From IMG/VR virus record IMGVR_UViG_3300040751_001853: DNA of 27,704 nucleotides. One strand, 5' to 3'. Numbering within the stretch: the stretch's first letter is position 1; each line of letters opens with the position of its first letter. Source of the stretch: a virus. The position numbers were made by a program, and so were the translations under genes. Positions 7,703-15,871 of this stretch are shown piece by piece. The notes under the pieces were generated by a model that saw nothing but the letters and a program-made list of their open reading frames with translations, made no database searches and was not told the origin of the DNA.

Positions 7703-7953
7703 TATGCAGCCTCCAACATAGTCATTGGTACCCTATAAGTTGTAATATTACATTGTACTAAACATTTTGATTGCATAATCTTTTTAATTACACCAGGTGT
7801 TTTTTTAGTTTTTTGTACAATGTTAACTTTTTGTCCAACAACCATAGAATTTTTAACTTTGTCTTTTATAACATTGTTAATCATATTTTTCATACTATTT
7901 AAATCCTTAATAGTCATTGTACTCATCATTTCGTTAAATTTAGTTATATTCAT
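7702..7953 (-). CDS. Hypothetical early protein (C-terminal SH3/KOW-like beta domain possible)
   Basis: AGGAG upstream; VGQKVNIV...GVIKKI...CLVQ...YRVP. Confidence 0.75.
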   Translation of the reverse strand: MNITKFNEMMSTMTIKDLNSMKNMINNVIKDKVKNSMVVGQKVNIVQKTKKTPGVIKKIMQSKCLVQCNITTYRVPMTMLEAA

Positions 7954-7964
7954 AATGTTTTCTC

Positions 7965-8201
7965 CTATTTGTTTTGTAATGCGATTGATATTAAACCAGT
8001 TACTATTCCTGTTAAGGCCATTATGGCACCTATCATAAAGTTATTTTCTTCTACAGCGCCAGCACATCCTATCATACTGAATAGAAAAATAACAAACATA
8101 ACTGCTGATGTATGTTCTTTTATTTTTTTCATAGTTTCTTCTTTGTATCTTAACTGATTATAAGCCTCAATTTGATTAAGTGCATTTTTTTGTAGTGTCA
8201 T
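7965..8201 (-). CDS. Small membrane protein (two hydrophobic helices)
   Basis: AVMFVIFLFSMIGCAGAV and FMIGAIMALTGIVTGLISIAL; start at 8201 (GAAGGG upstream) or 8216 (TAATG overlap). Confidence 0.7.
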   Translation of the reverse strand: MTLQKNALNQIEAYNQLRYKEETMKKIKEHTSAVMFVIFLFSMIGCAGAVEENNFMIGAIMALTGIVTGLISIALQNK

Positions 8202-8215
8202 AGTGTTTCCCTTCA

Positions 8216-8425
8216 TTATTTTACTTTTATTATACCAGTTTCTTCGTATGCCTTATAGTCGTTAATGATTTTATTAATAGCATTTTTCATATTAATGTCA
8301 ATCATCTTTAAAAGAGTGTTATCAACTTCAATAACTTCTTTTACGTTTTTGTTTATCTTACTGATTTGTCTATATGCAATGTTTCTAACAATTGCCATAT
8401 TCATATTTGTGTTTTTGTTTTTCAT
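8216..8425 (-). CDS. Hypothetical early protein, first gene of the operon, probably leaderless
   Basis: ATG lies 8 nt downstream of a -10 box and has no SD. Confidence 0.7.
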   Translation of the reverse strand: MKNKNTNMNMAIVRNIAYRQISKINKNVKEVIEVDNTLLKMIDINMKNAINKIINDYKAYEETGIIKVK

Positions 8426-8433
8426 ATACTACT

Positions 8434-8462
8434 AATATACCGTATTTTTATGTAAAAATCAA
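8434..8462 (-). promoter_or_regulatory. Sigma70-type early promoter
   Basis: Minus strand TTGATT (8462-8457), 17-bp spacer, TATATT (8439-8434); T-tract (UP-like) upstream. Confidence 0.65.
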
Positions 8463-8521
8463 CAAAAAAATGGAATAATTGTCCGATTCTTCCGTAGCTA
8501 GTCGGTATTCTGGCACATAAA

Positions 8522-8536
8522 GAACAAAAGTAGAAC
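8522..8536. promoter_or_regulatory. Putative alphaproteobacterial LexA (SOS) box
   Basis: GAAC-AAAAGTA-GAAC = GAAC-N7-GAAC, inside the direct repeat AGAACAAAA-GT-AGAACAAAA, in a divergent intergenic region. Confidence 0.6.
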
Positions 8537-8545
8537 AAAAATCGT

Positions 8546-8553
8546 TATAAATA
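8546..8553 (+). promoter_or_regulatory. T4-type late promoter
   Basis: Exact TATAAATA at the start of the structural module. Confidence 0.8.
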
Positions 8554-8582
8554 GTAGAAATTAACTAAAAATTGAGGAAATT

Positions 8583-8789
8583 ATGGCAAAAATGCGTGAA
8601 TTTCTGTTCTGGAACGAATCAGGACAAGAAGAAAAAAAAGAAGATACAAGTTTTAAGAAGGCTGTTAAGTCAGTCCAAGGGAATTTTAAGAATCAACTGA
8701 TTGGATTTGAATATATTAGTAAAAAAGGCAAAAAAATCGTGTCTTCTATACAATTACCACTTGGTAGAAAGAAAAAGATAGGTAGATAA
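8583..8789 (+). CDS. Small basic hypothetical late protein
   Basis: GAGG upstream; directly after the late promoter. Confidence 0.75.
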   Translation: MAKMREFLFWNESGQEEKKEDTSFKKAVKSVQGNFKNQLIGFEYISKKGKKIVSSIQLPLGRKKKIGR

Positions 8790-8938
8790 TGGCAAAATTA
8801 AGTAAAACCTTCGTTGCAAGGGAAAAAAACTATAAAAAATCATCACTAGGTAAGAAAAAACGAAGTGTTAAGTTTTCATCAATGAATAAATCTAAAAAAC
8901 GTAGTTGGAAAGCGTATAACGGGCAAGGAAAAGGTTAA
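8789..8938 (+). CDS. Unannotated 49-aa highly basic protein (MAKLSKTFVAREKNYKKSSLGKKKRSVKFSSMNKSKKRSWKAYNGQGKG)
   Basis: TAATG overlap upstream, ends 1 nt before PAAR; C-terminal MNKxKKRSxKxYxGQG resembles small proteins I recall next to PAAR/gp25 in marine T4-like phages. Confidence 0.75.
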   Translation: MAKLSKTFVAREKNYKKSSLGKKKRSVKFSSMNKSKKRSWKAYNGQGKG

Positions 8939-8939
8939 T

Positions 8940-9239
8940 ATGGCCGTAAGAGAGGGAGATTCTTTAACTACAGGCCATGCTTGTACTGGAATTACCAATT
9001 TAGCGATTTCTTTAGTAAGAACAGTAAAGGCAAACGGTATTGTGGGTGCTGTACAAGGCACTCCTACAGTAGGACACCCAGCTCCACCTACTCCTATCTG
9101 TCCTGCTCACGTAGCTGCATTAAACAAAGGATCAACAAATGTTAGAATAGGTGGTATTCCTTGGGGTCGTATAGGTGATAGTGCTGACGCAGGTGCAATG
9201 ATTTCAGGATCCTTAAACGTTTTAGTAAACGGCAGATAA
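8940..9239 (+). CDS. PAAR-domain spike tip protein (T4 gp5.4-like)
   Basis: AVREGD...GH...GSTNVRIGGIPWGRIGDS...GSLNVLVNG repeats; His/Cys metal ligands; adjacent to gp25. Confidence 0.88.
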   Translation: MAVREGDSLTTGHACTGITNLAISLVRTVKANGIVGAVQGTPTVGHPAPPTPICPAHVAALNKGSTNVRIGGIPWGRIGDSADAGAMISGSLNVLVNGR

Positions 9240-9243
9240 TTCA

Positions 9244-9251
9244 TATAAATA
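9244..9251 (+). promoter_or_regulatory. T4-type late promoter
   Basis: Exact TATAAATA 5 nt before the gp25 ATG. Confidence 0.75.
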
Positions 9252-9256
9252 TTGAT

Positions 9257-9688
9257 ATGGCCTTTTCAAACTATGACGCAACAACAACAAATAAAAGTAA
9301 AAGATCAAATCGAATCTATAGTGATTTAAATTTGAGTTTTACTAAAAATCCTGCTACAAAGGATGTTGCAAAATTATTTGATGTACAGGCAATTAAAAGA
9401 GCTGTTAAAAATATAATTTTAACAAATAAGTATGAAAGACCTTTTAATTCTGACTTTGGATGTAACCTAAGAGGATTCTTATTTGAAAATATAACTGAAC
9501 CATTATTAGTTATTATTAAAGATAGAGTTGCTATGGCAATTGAAAAATATGAACCAAGAGTTTCGGTAGAGGATGTTGTGGTTCAAAATGATGAAGAAAA
9601 TAATGGATTAAATATTATGGTTTCATTCTTAATTAACGGCACAGAAGCACCAGTTTCAGTATCAACATTTTTACAAAGAGTAAGATAA
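9257..9688 (+). CDS. gp25: Baseplate wedge subunit gp25 (GPW/gp25 family)
   Basis: YSDLNLSF...AIKRAVKNIILT...ERPF..DFGC.L...LFE...IEKYEPRV. Confidence 0.93.
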   Translation: MAFSNYDATTTNKSKRSNRIYSDLNLSFTKNPATKDVAKLFDVQAIKRAVKNIILTNKYERPFNSDFGCNLRGFLFENITEPLLVIIKDRVAMAIEKYEPRVSVEDVVVQNDEENNGLNIMVSFLINGTEAPVSVSTFLQRVR

Positions 9689-9689
9689 T

Positions 9690-11546
9690 ATGAGTTCACA
9701 CAGACTAGACATATCAGAATTAGATTTTGAAAATATAAAAGGTTCACTTAAAAGATTTTTATCAAATCAAAACGAATTTAAAGATTATGATTTTGAAGGA
9801 AGTTCTCTTTCAATCTTATTAGACTTACTTGCCTATAATACACACTATTTGGCTTACAATGCTAACTTTGTTGCCAATGAAATGTTTTTAGATACAGCAC
9901 AGTTAAGATCAAGTGTTGCATCGTTGGCTAAATTAGTTGGATATACTCCAAACTCTGCTAGAGCACCAATCGCTGATTTAAAATTAGTAATCAATGATGG
10001 TACAGGATCAATAATTACAATTCCAGCAGGTACAAAATTTACATCATCAATAGATGATCTTACGTATTCATTCGTTACAGTTGCTGATAAAACAGTTCAA
10101 CCTGTTGACGGAGTTTATACTGCACAAAGTTTAAATGTTTATGAAGGAACTTATGTAAGTTATAATTACACTTATGATGAACAAGACATTGATCAAAGGT
10201 TTTTAATATCAAGTGATAGAGTTGATACAACTACAATTAAAGTTGTAATTCAAAATAGTGCTTCAGATGTTACTACAAATGTTTATACGAAAGCAACCTC
10301 AATTACAGAATTGAATGGCACATCAAAAGTTTTCTTTTTACAAGAAGCAGAGGATGGTCAATACGAAATTTATTTTGGTGATGGTGTAATTGGTAAAAAA
10401 TTAGATGATGGAAACATTATAAATGTAAGTTATGTTGTAACTAATAAAACAGAAGCAAACGGTGCTACGGCATTTACTCTTGCAGGTTCTATTTCAGGTT
10501 TTACAGACATTACTGTTACAGTAAATTCGTCAGCACAAGGCGGTGCTGAACCAGAGTCATTACAAAGTATAAAAAGAAATACTCCTGATTTTTATTCATC
10601 ACAAGACAGAGCTGTAACAATAGAAGATTATAAATCAAAAGTAAAACAACTTTACGCTAACACACAAGCAGTTTCTGCTTGGGGTGGTGAAGATGCTGAA
10701 ACACCTTTTTATGGTAGAGTTTATATTTCTATTTTACCAACCAGTGGTTCTAATCTTACAGATTCTACAAAGGCAAGAATAGTAACAGACTTAAAAAAAT
10801 ATTCAGTTGCTTCAGTAACACCTGTAATTGTTGATCCAGAAACTACAAATGTACTTTTAACATCAACAATTAAATTTGATGAAAAAGTTACAACAAAAAC
10901 TAGTGACACTTTAAAATCAAACATTATAACTACAATTACAAATTACAACACAAACACCCTACAATCTTTTGATACAATTTTTAGACACTCAAAACTTACA
11001 GGATTAATTGATGATACAGATGAAAGTATTTTATCAAATATAACTACTGTAAGATTAAGAAAGTCTTTTATACCTACAATTGGCAGTTCAACAAAATATA
11101 CAATTAATTTTGCAAACGCATTATACAATCCACATTCTGGTCACGCTTCTGTTGAGGGTGGTATTTTATCTTCAACAGGATTTAAAATAGATGGTGATAC
11201 AACAAATATTTGGTTCTTGGATGATGATGGACAAGGAAATGTTAGAAGATATAGAATGGATGGTTCAGTAAGATCATATGGTAATAGTACACAAGGTACA
11301 ATAGATTACTCAACAGGTAAAGTTGAAGTAAACTCTTTAAATGTTTCAAACATAGAAAATGTAAGAGGTGCAGCTTCAACAGTTATCGAAGTAACAGTAA
11401 AACCAAATTCAAATGATTTAGTTCCTATAAGAAATCAAATATTAGAAATAGATGTTGCAAATAGTTCAGTCACAGTAGAGGCTGATACACTAGTAGGAGG
11501 CTCAGCAAACGCTGGTATTGGATATACCACGACTAGTAGTTATTAG
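9690..11546 (+). CDS. gp6: Baseplate wedge subunit gp6
   Basis: ELDFENIK...DYDFEGSSLSILLDLLAYNTHY...ANEMFLDTAQLRSSV; YEIYFGDGVIG; QDRAVTIEDY. Confidence 0.95.
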   Translation: MSSHRLDISELDFENIKGSLKRFLSNQNEFKDYDFEGSSLSILLDLLAYNTHYLAYNANFVANEMFLDTAQLRSSVASLAKLVGYTPNSARAPIADLKLVINDGTGSIITIPAGTKFTSSIDDLTYSFVTVADKTVQPVDGVYTAQSLNVYEGTYVSYNYTYDEQDIDQRFLISSDRVDTTTIKVVIQNSASDVTTNVYTKATSITELNGTSKVFFLQEAEDGQYEIYFGDGVIGKKLDDGNIINVSYVVTNKTEANGATAFTLAGSISGFTDITVTVNSSAQGGAEPESLQSIKRNTPDFYSSQDRAVTIEDYKSKVKQLYANTQAVSAWGGEDAETPFYGRVYISILPTSGSNLTDSTKARIVTDLKKYSVASVTPVIVDPETTNVLLTSTIKFDEKVTTKTSDTLKSNIITTITNYNTNTLQSFDTIFRHSKLTGLIDDTDESILSNITTVRLRKSFIPTIGSSTKYTINFANALYNPHSGHASVEGGILSSTGFKIDGDTTNIWFLDDDGQGNVRRYRMDGSVRSYGNSTQGTIDYSTGKVEVNSLNVSNIENVRGAASTVIEVTVKPNSNDLVPIRNQILEIDVANSSVTVEADTLVGGSANAGIGYTTTSSY

Positions 11547-11551
11547 ATGAA

Positions 11552-14164
11552 ATGGCCGACTTTAAAGATAAAATATCAAACCTTTTAAATTCACAAGTAC
11601 CTGATTTTGTACTTGAAGATCATCCGTTATTTTTAGACTTTATAAAAGCGTATTATCAGTTGATGGAATCAGCTGAGATTAAATTAACAAATATTGGAGA
11701 TCCAGATCATCTTCAATTAGATAGTTCAGCTAATGTAAATAATTTTTTATTATTAGATGGTACAAATGTAAACAAAGATGATTCTACAGATAGAATACTT
11801 TTAGAAGATACATCATATGGTGATTTTATAAATGGTGAAACAATTACAGGCGCTACTTCAGGTGCAACTGCTACTGTTTTAGTAGAAGATGTTGACGCAG
11901 GTTCTCGTTTATTTGTTACACATCAAAATAAATTTATAGAAGGTGAATTAATTACAGGCACATCTTCAGGTGCTCAAGCAAACATTGGTAAGTATAGAGC
12001 CAATCCAGTTCAAAACATACAACAACTTTTAGATTACGCTGATGTGGATAAAACTATATCAGGATTCTTAACTAAATTTAGAAATTCATTTTTAACTTCT
12101 ATACCTGATACATTAGATGGTGATGTTAACAAAAGAAATCTAATTAAAAATATTAAATCACTTTATCAAGCAAAAGGTACAAAACGTGCAAGTGAAATAT
12201 TTTTTAAACTATTATTTAATGAAGATGCTGAGATAAGATATCCAAAAGATAATATTTTAAGAGTATCAGATGGTAAATGGGATACAAAAAAAATATTGCG
12301 TTGTATTGAGGTTGGCAGTTTTGATGCTAGTAATCTTATTGGACAAACTATAACGCAAGCAAATAATTTAACAGATCCATCTATTAATGAGGCAACAGCT
12401 ATTGTTGAAGATGTGTTTAAATTTATTATAGGCGGACAAGAAGTTGTAGAATTAGTTTTAGGAGATAGTTCAGTAAATGGTACGTTTGTTTCAGGACAAA
12501 CAATAACTGGAACAAGCAATATTGATTTAGACGTAACCATATCTGTTACAGTTACAGGTATTATTAATAATAAAGTTATAACAAATGACGGTGCATTATA
12601 TAGTGAAGGTGATAGTGTATCGTTAACTGCTGGTGGAACAGGAGCATCTTTAAAACTTGGACCAGTCGGTTCTGGCTCAATACAAGAAATTGTTATAGAT
12701 GATGGTGGTACAAATTATGAAGTTGGTGATGTTGTTAATTTTAGTTTTGGTAATGCATCAGCTAAAGTTTCTGTTGTTAATGGAGGTGTTACATTAGAAG
12801 ATGGTACAGGTTCAGGTCAACTTATTTTAGAAGATGAAACAATGGCTGATGACTCATATTTTGGAAATAAAGTTGTACAAGAAGTTGGTGGTAATGTAGG
12901 AGATATAACAGACATTCGTTTAATATCTAATGGTAATGGATTTACATCTTTACCTACACTTACAGTTACATCTAGTTTAGGAACAGGTGCAAAAGTTTTA
13001 GCATACGGTTCTGAAATAGGAAGAGCATTAACAATAAATGTTGTTGAAGCTGGATACAATTATCAAGCCTCTCCTGCTCCAACAATAATTTTACCAACAT
13101 ATCTTTTAGTAACCAATGTTTCAGGAACGTTTACAGTAGGTGAAACTGTTTCTGGATTAGGTTCAGATGGTTCATCTGTTATAACTGCTACAGTAGTTTC
13201 ATTTAATACAGACACAAACATATTAAAATTATCAGATACGACAGGAGTGTATGGAACAAATATTACTATTACAAGTTCTGGTGGTGCAACAGCGACTGTT
13301 AGTAAATTAGAACAAGCGACAGGTACTACAGATGTAGCTGGTGTAATTACAACCGATGGTGCTTTTTTAAATGAAGACGGTTGGGTATCTGAAGATACAA
13401 TGAAAATACAAGACAGTTTATTGTATCAGGATTACTCATACATTATTAGAGTTGGAAGATCAATCAATGAATGGAGAGATAGTTATATTAAAACACTTCA
13501 CTCTGCTGGTTTTTATTTTCAAGGTGAAATTACAATTGAAACTCAACTAGATGCTCAGATTAAGAGAGTGACAGGAATAAATTCTGGTGTATCAGAAATT
13601 TTAAGATCAGTAATAACAAGACTATATTCATTTGTAGTTGGAAGAAGATTAGGTACTGAAACGGATGGTACTACATTAAGAGTAAATGCTAAATTAGGTG
13701 TATCGGCTGATTTAGATGATGGCACAATTACTCAATTTGATAAAACAACAAGAGATGTTACTTTAAAAACACAACCAATTAATATTGATTATGTAAGTAG
13801 AGTTAGAAGAAATTTATCTGATACATCAGGCGATTTAGTAAATGTAAGACAAGGATTTGCATACGCTGGGCCAAGATTTGGTGTTTTAAACAAATTTATT
13901 AATACAGCTTTTGGAGTTACTGCAAACAATTCATTCAGTAGTAGTGGTATTACTTTTGCAATATTAAATGATATAAAAGTTCAAGGTACAAGAACATCTT
14001 TAGACGGTTCAAATGCAATCTTTTTAATGACTTCAAGTGCTGAAGGAAGAAAACTTAAAACAAATTTTACAATTCCTGCACAAATAGGTGATGTATCAGG
14101 TAATACTATGGATGAAACAACAACAACATTTGATGATACTAATATTACAATGGATGTAGGATAA
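11552..14164 (+). CDS. gp7: Baseplate wedge initiator gp7-like protein
   Basis: QVPDFV..DHPLF..FIKAYY; LIKNIKSLYQAKGT...FFKLLFNE...YPKD..LRVSDGKW; IQDSLLYQDYSY...LHSAGF; position after gp6. Confidence 0.85.
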   Translation: MADFKDKISNLLNSQVPDFVLEDHPLFLDFIKAYYQLMESAEIKLTNIGDPDHLQLDSSANVNNFLLLDGTNVNKDDSTDRILLEDTSYGDFINGETITGATSGATATVLVEDVDAGSRLFVTHQNKFIEGELITGTSSGAQANIGKYRANPVQNIQQLLDYADVDKTISGFLTKFRNSFLTSIPDTLDGDVNKRNLIKNIKSLYQAKGTKRASEIFFKLLFNEDAEIRYPKDNILRVSDGKWDTKKILRCIEVGSFDASNLIGQTITQANNLTDPSINEATAIVEDVFKFIIGGQEVVELVLGDSSVNGTFVSGQTITGTSNIDLDVTISVTVTGIINNKVITNDGALYSEGDSVSLTAGGTGASLKLGPVGSGSIQEIVIDDGGTNYEVGDVVNFSFGNASAKVSVVNGGVTLEDGTGSGQLILEDETMADDSYFGNKVVQEVGGNVGDITDIRLISNGNGFTSLPTLTVTSSLGTGAKVLAYGSEIGRALTINVVEAGYNYQASPAPTIILPTYLLVTNVSGTFTVGETVSGLGSDGSSVITATVVSFNTDTNILKLSDTTGVYGTNITITSSGGATATVSKLEQATGTTDVAGVITTDGAFLNEDGWVSEDTMKIQDSLLYQDYSYIIRVGRSINEWRDSYIKTLHSAGFYFQGEITIETQLDAQIKRVTGINSGVSEILRSVITRLYSFVVGRRLGTETDGTTLRVNAKLGVSADLDDGTITQFDKTTRDVTLKTQPINIDYVSRVRRNLSDTSGDLVNVRQGFAYAGPRFGVLNKFINTAFGVTANNSFSSSGITFAILNDIKVQGTRTSLDGSNAIFLMTSSAEGRKLKTNFTIPAQIGDVSGNTMDETTTTFDDTNITMDVG

Positions 14165-14166
14165 CA

Positions 14167-14174
14167 TATAAATA
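14167..14174 (+). promoter_or_regulatory. T4-type late promoter
   Basis: Exact TATAAATA between gp7 and the fibre gene. Confidence 0.75.
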
Positions 14175-14187
14175 GTAAGAGAGAGAT

Positions 14188-15837
14188 ATGGCAAAACAAA
14201 CAATAAACATCGGATCAATCGCAAATGACGGCACAGGTTCAACACTTCGAGCCGCTGGTGATTTAGTCAACGACAACTTTAATGAAATCTATTCATCTAT
14301 TGGAGATGGTACAACTTTAACAAATATATTAGCTGCTGGATATATTACAACTTCATCAACAGATACTTTAACGAATAAATCTATAAGTTTAACAGACAAT
14401 ACAGTAAGTGGTACAACTGCTGAATTTAATAGTGCTTTAAGTGATGGTTCTTTTGCTACATTAGCAGGAACAGAAACGTTAACGAATAAAACTTTAACAG
14501 ATGCTGTTGTAGTAACCAATTCAGATACAGGTGAAGTTATACCAGGTAAACAAGCTGACACTAACTTTCCAAACTCTTTAATAATTGGTCACTCAACTAC
14601 TGGAACTTTAAGTGGTAATGCGACTACTCAAGGTAAAAATACAGCAGTTGGTTTAAATTCAATGACAGCACTTACTTCTGGATTTCAAAACACTATATTA
14701 GGAGCTTTTGCTGGTCAACAGTTAACTACAGGTGTTAATAATTTATTTGTAGGAGCAGTTGCTGGTCAAAACGGTACAACCCACAACTCCAATACCTACG
14801 TTGGTACTAATGCTGGAACTAATGCTACAGGAAGTAGTGGTGTTGCATTAGGTTATGGAGCTCTTATTAATTCAACAGGCTCTCAAAATATTGCAATAGG
14901 TCAATCTGCTGGAGATAATATTACAAGTGGTGCTGGTAATGTAATTATTGGAACTACAATAGACGCACCATCAGCAACAGGCGACAGACAATTAGTAATT
15001 GCTGGTTATGATGGTACAACAACTACAACTTGGATTAGTGGAGATAGCTCTGGAAATGTAACAATCGGTGGTGCTTTAACAGGTACAACATTAACAGGTA
15101 CAACAATTGATGCTAGTAACAATACAATTTCAAATATTGAAGTTGCTAACTTAGCGTCTGGTGTATTAGACACAGATTTAAATTCAGTTGCAGGTACAGA
15201 TACTACACTTGCATCAGCAAAAGCAATTAAAACTTATGTAGATACAATTGCAGCTGCAGGTATTCATTACCATGATCCTGTAAGGGTAGAATCTCCTATA
15301 AACTTAAATGCAGCTTACGATAATGGAACTGCTGGTGTAGGTGCAACATTAACAAATTCAGGTACTTTAGCAGCCATTTCGATTGATGGTGTTGCTTTAT
15401 CTTTAAATGATAGAGCTTTAATTTACAATCAAACAAATGCAGCTCACAATGGTATATATTATGTATCAACTGTTGGTGATGGTGCGACTGCTTGGGTATT
15501 AACAAGAACAACAGATACAGACAGTTATGGTGCTTCTGATCCAGATTCTTTAGGAGAAGGTGATGCATTTTTCGTAAGAGAAGGTGCTACAGGTGCTGGT
15601 GAGTTATATGTAATGACTACAAGTGGTACAATTACATTTGGTACTACAAATATTACATTTTCTGTAATTGCTGAAACAGCAGTATATTCAGCAGGTCAAT
15701 CTTTAACATTATCAGGCACAGAATTTTCAGTAACATCAGGTTCTATAAGTTCAACACAACTAACAAGTGCTGTTCAACTACAAATATTAGACAGTTCTGG
15801 ATCAGTAGTTAAATCACTATATGGTTCAGGATCGTAA
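14188..15837 (+). CDS. Tail fibre/baseplate appendage protein with gp9/gp10-type N-terminus
   Basis: MAKQTINIGSIANDGTGSTLRAAG..VNDNFNEIY (gp9/gp10-like N-terminus); TLTNK repeats; about seven N-x-x-x-G-x-x-A beta-roll-like repeats; QTNAAHNGIYYV...WVLTR fibre motif. Confidence 0.8.
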   Translation: MAKQTINIGSIANDGTGSTLRAAGDLVNDNFNEIYSSIGDGTTLTNILAAGYITTSSTDTLTNKSISLTDNTVSGTTAEFNSALSDGSFATLAGTETLTNKTLTDAVVVTNSDTGEVIPGKQADTNFPNSLIIGHSTTGTLSGNATTQGKNTAVGLNSMTALTSGFQNTILGAFAGQQLTTGVNNLFVGAVAGQNGTTHNSNTYVGTNAGTNATGSSGVALGYGALINSTGSQNIAIGQSAGDNITSGAGNVIIGTTIDAPSATGDRQLVIAGYDGTTTTTWISGDSSGNVTIGGALTGTTLTGTTIDASNNTISNIEVANLASGVLDTDLNSVAGTDTTLASAKAIKTYVDTIAAAGIHYHDPVRVESPINLNAAYDNGTAGVGATLTNSGTLAAISIDGVALSLNDRALIYNQTNAAHNGIYYVSTVGDGATAWVLTRTTDTDSYGASDPDSLGEGDAFFVREGATGAGELYVMTTSGTITFGTTNITFSVIAETAVYSAGQSLTLSGTEFSVTSGSISSTQLTSAVQLQILDSSGSVVKSLYGSGS

Positions 15838-15846
15838 TAAAATGAT

Positions 15847-15854
15847 TATAAATA
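15847..15854 (+). promoter_or_regulatory. T4-type late promoter
   Basis: Exact TATAAATA upstream of gp8. Confidence 0.75.
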
Positions 15855-15871
15855 TAAATGAGGAATAAGAA

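Noticed and set aside
5204-9061. ORFs 5204..5419 (-), 6832..7023 (+), 7820..8038 (+), 7969..8157 (+), 8879..9061 (-)
   Set aside because: They overlap better-supported genes on the opposite strand that have SD sites and operon coupling
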